Below, one piece after another: positions 10,768 to 23,480 of a DNA stretch of 64,000 bases. Made by a program: the position numbers and the translations under genes. The notes beneath the pieces are model-generated. The model did not search any database. It worked only from the letters and a program-made list of their open reading frames with translations, and was not told where the DNA came from. Position 1 is the stretch's first letter; the number at the start of each line of letters is the position of its first letter. Origin of the DNA: Tubulanus polymorphus (taxonomy: Eukaryota > Animalia > Nemertea); assembly GCF_964204645.1 (NCBI RefSeq), contig NC_134033.1, positions 10,052,655-10,116,654 of the forward strand, read 5' to 3'.

Positions 10768-11904
10768 GGTATACGGTAAAAATGTCCCGGGAAAAAATGT
10801 CCCGGGAAAAAATGTCCCGGAAAAAATGTCCCAGGGAAAAAATGTCCCTGGAAAAAATGTCCCCGGAAAAATTGTCCCATTTGTAAAGTAGGAAAAAATG
10901 TCCCAGTCTATTATTAACAACTTGGTAATTCAGTGAATTCCACATCAAGCTGTCGGGTTGAGGAGTTGAGTTACTTCTTTGATCTTTAATTAATAATTAT
11001 TACTTAAGAGTTATTTAGTCACGGAGCCAACCCATTTGATTTACAGTTATTAACTTCTTTGATTTTTTGGGCACTGGAGTGATAACCCCTAAGATGATTT
11101 AAGAATAATTACTGTAGAGACAAAATACTTATTCTAAGGGTACGAGTCAGTTGATTGAAATTGGTCATTTAAACTAAAGTGGCTAATTAGGAGTGGTCAC
11201 TGTTGAATAATTATAACTTAAGAATTATCTAGTCGCGGAATTATCTAGTTTACAGTTATTAACTTCTTTGATTTTATCTAATGTACTTATGTATTCCTAA
11301 ATAATGTTGAAAAAAGTTAATCTTTTCTACTCTAGTTTTATAGAAAAGTGGATATGGGGGGATTTTTACCAGGGGGGGATTTTTACCTAGGGGGGATTTT
11401 TACCGGGGGGATTTTTACCTGGGGGGATTTTTACCTTGTCGGATTTTTACCGGGGGGATATTTACCGGGGGGATTTTTACCGGGGGATTTTTACCTACAT
11501 TCATTTAATTTAGCAACCGTGCATTCAATTGGATTGTAAAATCTTCTTAAATTTGGCGTACCATATAATGTAAATAAACATATACCAAATTATCGTGTTC
11601 ACTTGAAAATAAGGCTTATTTCTTTTTAACTAATAACCAAGTTTGTTCTGTGGTGATCTCTGAGTTGGGTTATTTCACTAAGATATCCACTAATCGTTCC
11701 TTTTGATTATCAGGATTACCCTGAAGTTTGGTTTTGATTTTTTACTGAGTTGACACGTTCTCAATAAGCAAAATGAGTTGATGGGACATGTTTTCCTACC
11801 CTACAAATGGGACATTTTTTCCGGGGACATTTTTTCCCTGGGACATTTTTTCCTGGGACATTTTTTCCGGGGACATTTTTTCCGGGACATTTTTACCTAC
11901 ATTC
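10768..11904. mobile_element. Mutator-like/foldback non-autonomous element inserted in the LINE
   Basis: Inverted arms built of 15-bp GGAAAAAATGTCCC(G/A) repeats; termini GGTATACGGTAAAAATGTCC and GGACATTTTTACCTACATTC. 9-bp TSD AGAGATCTC (10759-10767) / AGAAATCTC (11905-11913); removal restores the LINE frame NEEISGP. Confidence 0.85.
11350..11502. mobile_element. Nested single arm of a related foldback element (GGGGGGATTTTTACC repeats)
   Basis: About 9 tandem units ending in the same TTTTACCTACATTC terminus as the host element. Confidence 0.6.
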
Positions 11905-13462
11905 AGAAATCTCGGGCCCTCATTTAATCACTAACTCATTCAACAAACAGTACAACAACATAGGGCCAAATCTTGCCAGAAAATTACCTACTCCAACGCA
12001 GTCATACATTGACTATCTAAATCGTACATTTAGGCACAATACTAATTTTTTTCTCACGCCAGTCACAGAATTGGAAGTTATTCGCACGGTTAACAGTCTT
12101 AAGTCGAAACACAGTTACGGCGATGACTTGCTATCCACATTTCTGCTACAACAAATTATCTTACTAATTTCCTCCCCGCTAACTAATCTTATAAACCAAT
12201 CATTTAAATTAGGTATATTTCCAAACTCACTCAAAATATCAAAAATAATTCCACTTCACAAAACAGGGGATAAATCGAGCTTAGAAAACTATAGACCAAT
12301 ATCTTTATCATACTCTCTGTCAAAGGTTTATGAAATGCTCATGCATGATAGATTAATAAGCTACTTAGACAACAAGCTTTCCTCATCTCAATATGGTTTC
12401 CGAAAGGGCCACTCAACTGTACATGCCATTATGGAATTAACTGAGCGTATATCCACAGCTATCAACAACAAATACTGGTCAATTGGAATCTTTCTTGATC
12501 TTTCAAAAGCTTTTGACACGCTCAACCATGATATTCTTATTCATAAGCTTCAGCACTACCGTATACGAGGAACTGCTCTTAATTGGTTGTCCTCCTTTTT
12601 ATCAAACAGACACCAATATGTTTCTTTTCAAACGGTTAATTCATCTGTTCTTGAGATTTCATGTGGAGTACCTCAAGGTTCTTTCCTCGGGCCATTATTA
12701 TTCCTCGTTTATATCAATGACTTGTACATTTCAACACCTAACTAAGACTTAGTTCTTTTTGCAGACGACACTACAGGGTTGGCGTTATGACAGGGACATC
12801 AATTCTCTTCTAACAAAAGTTAATAAGGATTTAGACTCTCTTCACAATTGGTAACTTGCTAACATACTATCTCTCAACATGAAAAAAAACAAATTTATCC
12901 TATTCCACTCTAGTCAACGTAAGCCTTTCATTAGTAATGCATTGAGAAATCCCCTAAAACTCTTTATTAAAGGTAAAGAGATAAGTAGAGTAGACCACAT
13001 TAATTTTTTAGGCATTATTTTACAAGAAAACCTGAACTGGAAACCCCACATAGAAAAAATTCACAAACGAATTTCACAAGGCCTGGGTATCATCTATAAA
13101 TGCAGTCAAATTCTAAATCAAAATCACCTCATCCTAATCTACAGTGCACTTGTCCTTCCTCACTTAAACTATGGTATATTATCATGGGGTCACTCACCAC
13201 ACACGCATAAATGTCTTTTACTTCAAAAACAAATAACTCGAATTATTACTAAGTCTAACTTTACTGCCCACTCTGAACCACTCTTCAAACAACTTAATCT
13301 TCTCAAAATAAATGATCTCTACACACTTAAAGCCTCTCTTTTCATCTATGACACACTCAAAAACAACCCTCCAAAATACTTCAAAAACTTTTTTACTGCA
13401 GATCTTCTCTCAACAAATTACCTAATAATTAAAAGCATTCACTTCGACCACAACTATTCTTC

Positions 13463-13787
13463 GAATGTAGGTAAAAATGTCCCAGGGAAAAAATGTCCCC
13501 GGAAAAAATGTCCCATTTGTAGGGTAGGAAAAAATGTCCCATCAACTCATTTTGATTATTGAGAACGTGTCAACTCAGGAAAAAATCAAAACCATTATTT
13601 CATGAGAGAAACTTCAGGGTAATCCTGATAATCAAAAGGAACGATTAGTGGATATCTTAGTGAAATAACCCAACTCAGAGATCACCACAGAACAAACTTG
13701 GTTATTAGTTAAAAAGAAATAAGCTTATTTAAGTGAACACGATAATTTGATATATGTATATTTACATTATATGGTACGCCAAATTTA
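13463..13787 (-). mobile_element. Second, one-armed inverted copy of the foldback element inside the LINE 3' region
   Basis: Near reverse complement of 11548-11904, starting at the terminus GAATGTAGGTAAAAATGTCCC. Confidence 0.85.
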
Positions 13788-14245
13788 CTTACAAACCCAC
13801 ATTTTAAAGAAACAAAATCACCGAAAGAATATCTTGCTTATATATGGGGAACATTACCAATTAGTAACGTTATCGACCTTCCAAGTAAATCATCCGTTAA
13901 ATGTATGTTAAAGACCTATCTCATCTCCACTTATAGTAACCTAACTTTTTGAACTGCTATAACTGTTATTTAAGATTATCGAATCCCCAAACTGTATAAC
14001 TATTAACCAATCACATAAAAATTACGCATCCACATTCTGCTGAGTCATATTGTTAATTATATTTGTATAATTTGTGTATATTTTTGTTACGGTACTTTGT
14101 TTGATTTTTTGAATGGGTGCTAGCGTTAAGAGGCCTTTCTGGCTTTGCTAGGCCTGTATAGATTGTATATATGTTTACATGTTGTATTCTATTCTATGCA
14201 AATAAATCTATTGAATTGAATTGAGGTCATCGGCGTCTCTGTAAT

Positions 14246-15029
14246 CAGCGGTACTCGAAAAACGCCTAATGAAATACACCGTATGGGAAAACGCATAACG
14301 CCTAATTCCTAGAAAATGACCTAATTTCGTAATTGCACCATCTACTGAGACTCACAATCCAACTCATCAACGGAACAGTTTGAAAATACATGTGTTTTAC
14401 GCTTCACGAAACGAGACTACTACTCTAATAAACTTCATTATAGGATGATGATAGAATGTCCGCCGTGCAAGCGATCAATCACATAACGCCATAGAAGTGT
14501 AAACTGAAACAGTTTACACTTCTATGATAACGCGAAAACAAACGCCGCGGTTATAAACCGGCTTTCTTGAATTTTGAAACCGGAATGCATAAATATGGTA
14601 CAACCTTCGCTCGTAGGTACAACGCACACAGAGACTGATAAAATAGCCATTCTCAAAATTATCCTCCAAAAATGTTCACAACCACGCTAATCTTCCGAAC
14701 CTACCGAACCAATGAGAGACTAAATAATGTCCAGCCCCTGAACTTCCTTGAACAAAAATAATAAACTATATGTTCCATAAAATGATGTCTTTTATTATCA
14801 TAATACTCTGTCTTAATATGAAATAATAACACAGATAAGCCTGCGTAACCAAAGACAGTAGAAACGAAGATGGAACAGGCGGCGCTCCACGCACTCCGAC
14901 GTGAACTATGTAGCGTTGTGTACATAGTTCACGTAGGGATTTAGGTCAATTTCTTGGATGTTACTTGAATTAGGCGTTATGCGTTTTCCGATTCGGTGTT
15001 TTTCATTAGGCGTTTTTCGAATACCGCTG
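14246..15029. mobile_element. MITE with ~60-80 bp imperfect TIRs and 4-bp TSD
   Basis: CAGCGGTACTCGAAAAACGCCTAATGAAA... versus ...TTTCATTAGGCGTTTTTCGAATACCGCTG; TAAT at 14242-14245 and 15030-15033. Confidence 0.85.
14490..14526. mobile_element. 37-bp hairpin micro-element (P-element-like CAT..ATG ends, 7-bp TSD)
   Basis: CATAGAAGTGTAAACTG-AAA-CAGTTTACACTTCTATG flanked by ATAACGC on both sides. Confidence 0.75.
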
Positions 15030-15708
15030 TAATCAGGCACGCTATACAAAAACCGAGCAACAGCTGACGCTCAAATGTTTGTCTTGATCATCACGCGCCC
15101 TGGTTGTGAATAATGAGGAATGAAGAAGTCCCAAAAATCCAATAAGAAATTATTCTGAAAATTGATCGGATGCACCCATGAACCGATCATCTAATGGCAA
15201 ATTCTTTTTTGAGGTATGCACTCCGAAAATAATCTAGAAAAAGGAAATAATAGGACGTCAAGAATTCGAAGATAAGAAATTTAAAGATGATCTAGTTCAT
15301 ATTTATTCATCACATTAGTTCATTTATAATCTCCCTCCCCAAGCAACATAAAGTAAATTGCGTAAACTGAGGCGCAACGCGTAGAAATCATTGTCTTCTC
15401 CACCGCTACATTCCGTCAGATGCCGCCTGCGTAGAATAGATTGAGAATTAGAGGTTATTTGCACGAGCCATTAAAAACTGGTTTTTCGGTGGAGATGAGG
15501 AAAGAAAAGCGACGTAGGGTAAAAAGAGAGAGAAAGAGAGAGTAGTGTGATCACGTATGTTGATAGAATTAAATTAAATTTATTGTTTTCACTTTAAGAT
15601 AACAGTGAAATGAAAAATATAAATGCCGAGTTTTTGATTGAATATAATCGATACACTCACGCCTGCCCAATATAAAAAAGAAATGCACCTAGTTCCACAC
15701 TATTGAAA

Positions 15709-15992
15709 CCAGTTCAGGGCAGAGTTCTACAATTCAGGGCACAGTTCCGCAGTTCAGGACCCAGTTCCATAGGTCTGGATCCAGTTGTAAATTTCTGCAC
15801 CCAGTTCCACAGTACAAGGCCCAGTCCCACAGTTCTGGACCCAGTTCCAGAGGCCTGGATCCAGTTCTAAAATAATGGTCACAGTACCACAGTGTTCCAG
15901 ATAAAGTCTTACAGTTCAGGGATCAGTTACACAGTTCAACTAGTCCCACAGTTGTGGACTCAGTTCCAAAGTTTTGGGCCAAGTTCCACAGT
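15709..15992 (+). repeat. Degenerate 20-21 bp minisatellite (ccagttccacagttc[a/t]gga[c/t])
   Basis: About 14 units; same family as 26669-27090 in opposite orientation. Confidence 0.8.
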
Positions 15993-16487
15993 CAGGATCT
16001 GCATTTAGTTTCACGGTAAGTTCTGCATTAGAATTTACCTATAGTTTTCAAATTAGCGCTTGCGTCATCTTTTTAAAATCCACAACTGTGAAACTGGATT
16101 CGTTTTGATTTTCTGGGTATTCTTAGATTAAATTAAAACTTTTACGTTCTTTGATAAGATGTCTCACAGAATGGCCGTTTTACGCATTGTTTAGAGCATA
16201 AAGACCACCAACGCGAAATAACTTATTTACTGGAGCAAAACAGCAAAAGCAAAACTATTACATTTTCGTATAAGTGAGGTTTCAAGAGGGTCAACAATAT
16301 ATCAAACCATTTGTCGGACGAATTCAGGTCTAAACCGCACATAACTTAGTCATACACGATATTAACATGTTATGTGTATTATGATATAAAGCATATATTA
16401 TGATAACGCAATGTATGCTGTACAGATAGATATTAATTTCTGAAAATTTCACTTGTAAAAACAACGTTTACCGCAAACAGTATATGC

Positions 16488-16656
<169 letters not shown>

Positions 16657-17770
16657 TTTATATCCACTGACACGCTTTACACTAGCGCTTAGTTCGATGA
16701 TAATGAATATAGGCCTACGTAGTTTTTATTTATTTTGTGCTCTATGTCAGTATTGAATATATCATACGCCATATGTATCCGGTTTTTGGTTTTTGTTTTG
16801 GTATTTTCGGATTCTATTCTCTCACCACCGTTAAAACTCGTCGTGAACATAATGCATATTCGTCGTGGAAATTTGTGATAGAATGTCGTAAAAAGTGTAA
16901 AACACAAAGTAAAGATCGTGATATTTGTCACTATTCATAGACTATATCCGGCAATATACCCGGAATTCGTTACTATTTCAGGTTGGGTTGTCTACAGGTG
17001 ATCGCACGAGGTACTGCCTTATTTTAATGAGGTAGGCCTATAGGACCGACATAGTATACTTGATTACCTATAGTGTTTAAATGAATGCAGCTGGAAACAT
17101 GATTGTTGAAAATTCTTATGCGACGGATTTTAATAACGGGTGATTGTTACCAAATGCTTCCTCTGATTAGTGCGGGCCGCCAATATTGTGAATTAAATTG
17201 ACGCTAGGACACTTTGTAACTCCGAAGGAAACTCCGTGGCCAGAACCAGTGTTATGTATACATACGTATATGTCATTGAGATCATATGAATCATTAGAAA
17301 AAAACTAAGGTGTTGTGATAATTTTGAATACGTTCATGTTACTGGCGAAATGAATAACGACGTCAGAGGAGACGGTTCGACTTTCCTATCGCTTGGTATT
17401 TCTCCCCTCCGGCGCCTCCGACGAGATTTCCGTCCGATTGATCTTTGTATTTTACGTGCACGTGCGCGGCGGGAAAAACCGGCTGCCTGCCTGGCTGCTG
17501 TAGGTTATAATGTATAATCCCGTTCGATCGACCGATCTGTGTAAACTAGGAGGAATACGTACACACCGCCGCCGCCACCGCCGGTACCGAGGAGCAATAG
17601 ACAATAAAATGATGCAATACGGCTACAGAAGTAGAGCTATTTTCTACAGCGTTTTCTCACATCAAAAACTACCGTTTTTCGAGGCGTTACTAGTACCATG
17701 GATAGAGATACCGTTTCTAGGATTTCTAGTCGTCGTTCTCGGTCGGAGCTGGCAGACATCTTGCTCGTTC

Positions 17771-17860
17771 ATGGTCGACGGCCCTAAACGCAGACGCGAC
17801 GCCGTCAGGTCAAGGTCACCGTCGAAAGATGAAAGTGTTACTGCGAGAAAAAAGCAACAG
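17771..17860 (+). CDS. Giant plectin-repeat-tailed protein, candidate coding exon 1
   Basis: MVDGPKRRRDAVRSRSPSKDESVTARKKQQ then donor CAG/GTAGGA, phase 0, matching the acceptor phase at 20726. The ORF stays open upstream to 17510, so the start is uncertain. Confidence 0.55.
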
Positions 17861-20099
17861 GTAGGAGGAATTCTGTTTGTGGTAGCTGTATAGATATGTA
17901 GTATTTAGACAAGACGAATTCCATCACGGAATGAAAAACAAAGATAGCCGTCATTCTTGTTACCCATAATGTATTCAAGATAGAAAATCAAAGGTTACAT
18001 ACAGCCCGATGAGCCAAGCTACGACGTATAATTTCCTAACCCATTCCGATTGCTTATAGCTAGCGATATCGACGACCACTATTGACCCCAATTCTGACAG
18101 AATAGAAATACAAGCCACCGCCACATCATTACTATATAAGATACACTACAGCGAAACCCATAAAAACATAGTTAATTTTGGATCTATATCTAATATGAAA
18201 AGCCATATTTAACCATATAGTGACAACGTCTCAGCGCTAGAAAAGGAATCTATTCAAGGAATCTGTTGTGAAGAAATCAAAAGAAACTTGTTCTATGGTT
18301 TTCTCCTTCTTAAAGGCGTAGGAAATATTAGGAAGTAAAAAGTGTTGAAAATCTGGGTCATTCCACCAACAAGTCACTTTTTTGTAAAGTTCTATGTCCA
18401 CGTTTTCATTGTAACGGAAACTGACAAATACTGCAAAGTTTTGTCGCAGACAGAATCGAGGAAATTGCTCCTTCTCTGGGTGCAGAGTACGCAACAACGA
18501 GAGGCAGGAGGACTACACGGGGTAACTGTGACAACACCTCGGGCATCATTTCCTTCACAACAAGCAAATCATCAAATACAAAAATTCTCAGGTCCAATAA
18601 ATTAAAGCAGGTAGAAAATAATTTCATCAATGATGAATGTTACATTTGTTCAGTTTTTGTATAGTATTTTATGACATGCGGTTTTGAATTTCAAAAAACT
18701 CTCGTATCATCTACGTTCGTTTCCTTAGACATTTTGGGCACTTGTTGATGATTCTGTATAAAAAATCGTTTAATGAAAATCAGTGACAAATAAAACGCAG
18801 GAATCATTGTTCTGGGTTACCCGCACGCAAAATACTCGTGGGTAAAGTGAGGAAAGACTTGTTCATAGTAAATGAAAAAAGAATTGTATTTGTCACTCCA
18901 TCTATCTAGTCATGGTCGCCTGCCAACTCGTTGTACTATACGCATGTATTGTATATGTGTTTTATTAATTGTACGTGGTAGCCCGCTAACACAGTTTACC
19001 ATGTGTCACCCGAGCATTAAATATGTGAACAGCCTTTAATGTATTTATACAGTGACAGTTATGAAACTGAACTGTATTCACTATTCTGAAGTCTATGAAA
19101 ATCGCATAGAATGAGATCCATTAGCAATATAGTTTAAAGATTTAAAACAGTTTTCCTGACTGATAAAATCTCATCTTTAATTTTGGCTTCGGTATCGGTT
19201 ATAGGGCGTTCAACTATCTATATTATTGCGACTTTGTCAAATGATGTACCCTGTAAATCGTGGTGTGAAAAGTGTCTAAATTCATGCCCTAGTGGCCCAT
19301 ATCCTGTCTTATCTGACCTCGTTACCAACCCATACTCACAACCCATACTTACAGAACACTCCACTCTCACACATACATACTAATTTTTTCTTAGTCTCAT
19401 CTACGAGCAATTTTTGCTCGTAGGTCTCATCGAGGTCAATTCAGTAGTCTTGAAGACAAATTCTAATCTTGTCGAAATCTAGCCAATCAAAAGAGCCATC
19501 TTGGTCTGTGTTGGTGAAGTCTGCCATATATCAAAAACATGTAATATTTTCATTATGAACATAAATTATCTATGATATTCATAAAAATAGTACTAAAATC
19601 GATATATAAAATCACCATTAAAAAATTTATCGTATCTACGTATTACATATGTTGATATTCAAAATATATCAGGAATCGATATTTTTATAGTATTATATAT
19701 AGCATATTTTATTAAGAGCGCAGCTGATCTTTTATTGAATCGATATTTACACTATTTCAAGTGTTTCCTACAACTCCACTATTCTATACATTTTTTACAT
19801 GTATTACAGATTGAGTTGAATTGAAAAGGATTTTCTCGCCTGATATTTGAGATACTCGCCTGGTTTTTAATCACGTGTGGTTTTGGATCAGTAAGCATAA
19901 AGACAGTACTTAGAAGATTAACCAGATTCATATGAAGAGCGAGCTTTTGTTTGGATTTAATAATATGAGAAAATGAATTGTTACAAAGATAAGATGAAAA
20001 TAGCTCATTCTGCTGGCTCTACCTAAGTAATGTCGGAACTGTTCAATTCAGGGATAACCGTTCAACTTTGATGTGTCTGAATCTATGAATTAGGTATAC

Positions 20100-20123
20100 C
20101 ATGGACGTATAACTACGTCCATG
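20100..20123. mobile_element. 24-bp hairpin micro-element (CAT..ATG ends, 7-bp TSD)
   Basis: CATGGACGTA-TAAC-TACGTCCATG flanked by GGTATAC at 20093-20099 and 20124-20130. Confidence 0.65.
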
Positions 20124-20725
20124 GGTATACACACCATCCTCTCAACCCGTACATCGCTCGGGCAAGTTTCCGTAGTCTAAATAAGATAAACCAACTCTCA
20201 TATCGCTCTCCAATTCGGTTAACTTAGTAGTGACTTGAGTAGGGTTGACTGTTATAAAAATGTATCTGTCTCATAAATGGAATCAGTAATAACCCCGTGA
20301 CAAGGCCACCGTGATGATTAGTACAATTACTACGAGTTCACTAGCCTCTCTCCCTCTCTCTCCCTCTCTAATCTCTCCCCCATCTCTCTCTCTCCTGTGA
20401 AGTTTGAGAGAGCATATGGCATAGAGAACCTTTCAAATTTATCGGATATCAAACTGCGTGCGTCTAGTCTAAAGTAGACACGGCATAGAACCCGGATTGA
20501 GGTCAACAACGGTCCTCGTGATGTCATCTACTGCTGCTGTCGACAATTCGACTATATACATACATATTAATATGTTTTTGCGATGACTAATAACGCGATA
20601 ACTGTGATAACTAGATGAGCAATGTTTCTTTCGAATATCTATATCATATTCAGTTCACGGTTTAGTTCCACAATATACAAAAAGTTAGAATTAATGAAAT
20701 TTAATAAATTTTCATTTTTTTTCAG

Positions 20726-23171
20726 AGAACGCGGAAGCGGGCCTGGTGGGCTTGCTGGTACAGTTTGTTGTGGGGATGGACGCAGTTCATCAAACCGCTA
20801 TTCAATTACACTCCGAAAGACGATAACCAACCGGAAACAAGTGATATATCGAAACGTAAAAAACGTCGACGCAACCGGAAATCATTGCTCGGCTTTGACC
20901 TTGTCGATGCGGTTGAAATAGTACCAAGTTACGTGGTTCGCGGAAACGAAATTAGTGGCGAAATTCGGACTTTGAACATTAAAAATGTTACAAATGCTGA
21001 AAGTTTGGCTGAGCTACCGGGTCGAATCTCACCGGAGCTGTCCTTACCGGGACAGTCTCAATGGGTTCACAGACCGTCAGAGCTGTCCGCACGGGTGCAG
21101 TCTCCACGGGTTCACTCCCCATCGGAGCCGTCTCCACCGGTGCGTTCTGCGAAGGAGTCGAAAGTCGATATCAAAACAGTCGATCGTTTAATCGAAGTTT
21201 CGAGCGATTTATTGAAACATCGTCGGTTTATAGATGGCACTCATGTCGCACAAACGGAATTGAAATACGATGACGTCATAAAAGAAAATAGGTCATCGAG
21301 TAAAAGCGATGTTGATGACGTGTCCGCTGAAACGACGACCTCAACTCAATTCCATTCAATTAGCGCTGCAAAAATCGGTAAAACCGTCACGACTTCACCG
21401 AGACTTCCGGTTCCACTCCCTAGACAACCGAAATCAAATACCGCGATGACGTCAGCACATCCATCAACCACCAACAACAGCGGCGGGAAAAAGAAAAAAA
21501 CTAAAAAGAAGAAATCTGTTTCTGAACCGTCGAGTGAAAATATAAAACCGGAAGTCACTAGCAATATAGAGAAACCGGAAATTGCATCGGATGTTCCGCC
21601 ATGTTGGGATCTAGATGAGTCTCCACAGTTGAATAGTGATCTCACTCAACCGCTGTTTGTCTCTTCGTTACCGAGTGACCTTCACCCGATGACAGACGGT
21701 GGACACTCGTGTATACTGAAGAGTACGATCTCACCGCTCTACAACCGCCATATTACACTTAATGCTGCTGTATTACTTAATCCTGCTGCTCAAACTGGGT
21801 TAAATATTAATCCTGACCAACAGCTCAATATAGAACATGCTGATAGATACCCGCGTAAAGGCCATCTCAATTACAACCAATCAACGCATTCTACCTCAAA
21901 TTCAAACGATAATTCCCGACTTCAGAAGTTCGTCTCTGAATCGGGGAATGGCTTGAGGTCAATTCCGACCCTGGATATCGACGCCAATTGGAAGGATGAC
22001 GTCATGAGGGGAATTAGTGACGTATCACCACCTATCGTCGACTATGCGAAGATAGTTGTCGATTCGGCGGAGCCGCTTCCTAAGCGGTCTACTCCTACCG
22101 GCGGTAAAATTAGTCTAGTTTCGAAACTAGCTCGACTTGAGGGTGTGGATATTCGGGATAGGAGGACAATACAAAAACCGACAACACTTGCAGATTACAT
22201 GGTGCCCGAGGTATCGGACCACCGCGGTCGGGAAAAATCCCCTAGAAATAGGCGGGGTAGGAGCCTTGAGCTGGATGGAGCAGAGAGATACCAGTGTCCA
22301 AGTGATCAGTCCAGTGTCCCAGTTGATAATAGTACTAACTCAACCTGTCAGTTACAAGATGACATAATGAATCACGATAAAGCTGGACCTGGTAATAACT
22401 TGCCGAGTCAGGAAAGCGCTTCGTTCACTAGATCTTACAATAAACAGGTTAAAAACGAATACTTGAATGCTAAAACGCGTGAAGTTCATGTCTCACTGAT
22501 GGCGGCTGGAATTACGGCCATTCCTCAGAGAAGTCAGGATGATCACATCTTACAATCACAATCACAATCACGATTAGAATGTAAAATAGTTGATTATGTG
22601 GATGGGTCTGACGTCCACAGTAAACACAATTTCAATCACAGCGAATACAAGGCAGTTGAAAAACCTGAATGGGAAGAGTGCTCTAATCAAGACATTAAGG
22701 GGATTCGTAGTGGCGAACCGAGTTCAAAAAACATTCCGGAATTTGAATTAGCTCAAGCTGTCAGCGGTACAAATAACACGATAGAGAAATATAGGGCAAA
22801 TACAGCAGAGAATATAGACAATATACAACAACCCGGACGTGATAGGGACATTCAGGATGATACGAGTTTAGCAGGCCCTATACACAGGACTGGTAGCGTG
22901 TCTAGGGATGTATTCAGTCCAGCTCGTGCCCAGGGATCTCACGAACGTAACTTTTGGACAATAGGAGCGAGTCGTGTCCATCAGACACCGTCACCCCGGG
23001 CGGTAGTACGACTCGGAGAACAAGCCAAGGATACTCGGCATAAGGGTAAAAATGACGCTCCTTCTACTGTGGATAATGTGACCTGTCGCAACACGGCAAC
23101 CTGGGCAAATTGGAAAACGAGAATTAACAAGTCGGTGAAGGGAGTTCAAGTAGAACAAGAGCCTAAACGAG
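20726..23171 (+). CDS. Giant protein, coding exon 2 (2.4 kb; Trp-rich hydrophobic segment then disordered region)
   Basis: Strong acceptor tttttttcAG at 20724-20725 in frame with the 817-aa ORF. Donor CGAG/GTAGGT at 23172, phase 1, matches the next acceptor. Confidence 0.8.
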
Positions 23172-23460
23172 GTAGGTGTAGAAATCTATTCAAACATTCC
23201 GTGGACTGTCAAGTGTAAATATAGGCGCTTGACTCTATGTAGATAAATATCTTCAAAACCTTTATCAAGCCACAATTACCATCCCCTCCCACTCTTCACA
23301 CACACATTGATGACGTCACCGCTGCATTCCAGAAAAGAATCTATTAGGCAATAATGAAACCATTAACTCTTTATTGTAGAGTTAATTATTTTGTTGTTGG
23401 AACAGATTAAATCAGAGAAAGGCGTTAATGAATTACATATGGCACTGATTAACTCATGTA

Positions 23461-23480
23461 CAGCGCCACCTGCTGGTTGG
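23461..23480 (-). promoter_or_regulatory. CTCF-like motif
   Basis: Reverse complement CCAACCAGCAGGTGGCGCTG is close to the CTCF core consensus CCAGCAGGTGGCGC. Confidence 0.45.

Larger units (their letters stand above)
9585..14216 (+). mobile_element. Decayed CR1/L2-group (Crack-like) non-LTR retrotransposon ORF2 (APE endonuclease + RT), interrupted by two insertions
   Basis: ILNWNCNGLRSK, LQETKL and ICGDFNIDL (APE); NYRPISL, QYGFRKGHST, FLDLSKAFDT, GVPQGSFLGPLLF and LFADDT (RT). Stops and frameshifts present. AATAAA + (ATTGA)n tail; 10-bp direct repeat TGAATTGAGG at 9575-9584 and 14217-14226. Confidence 0.92.

Noticed and set aside
10658-11904. PGTFF / SREKM / GGFLP repeat ORFs
   Set aside because: Translations of the foldback element's 15-bp subterminal repeats
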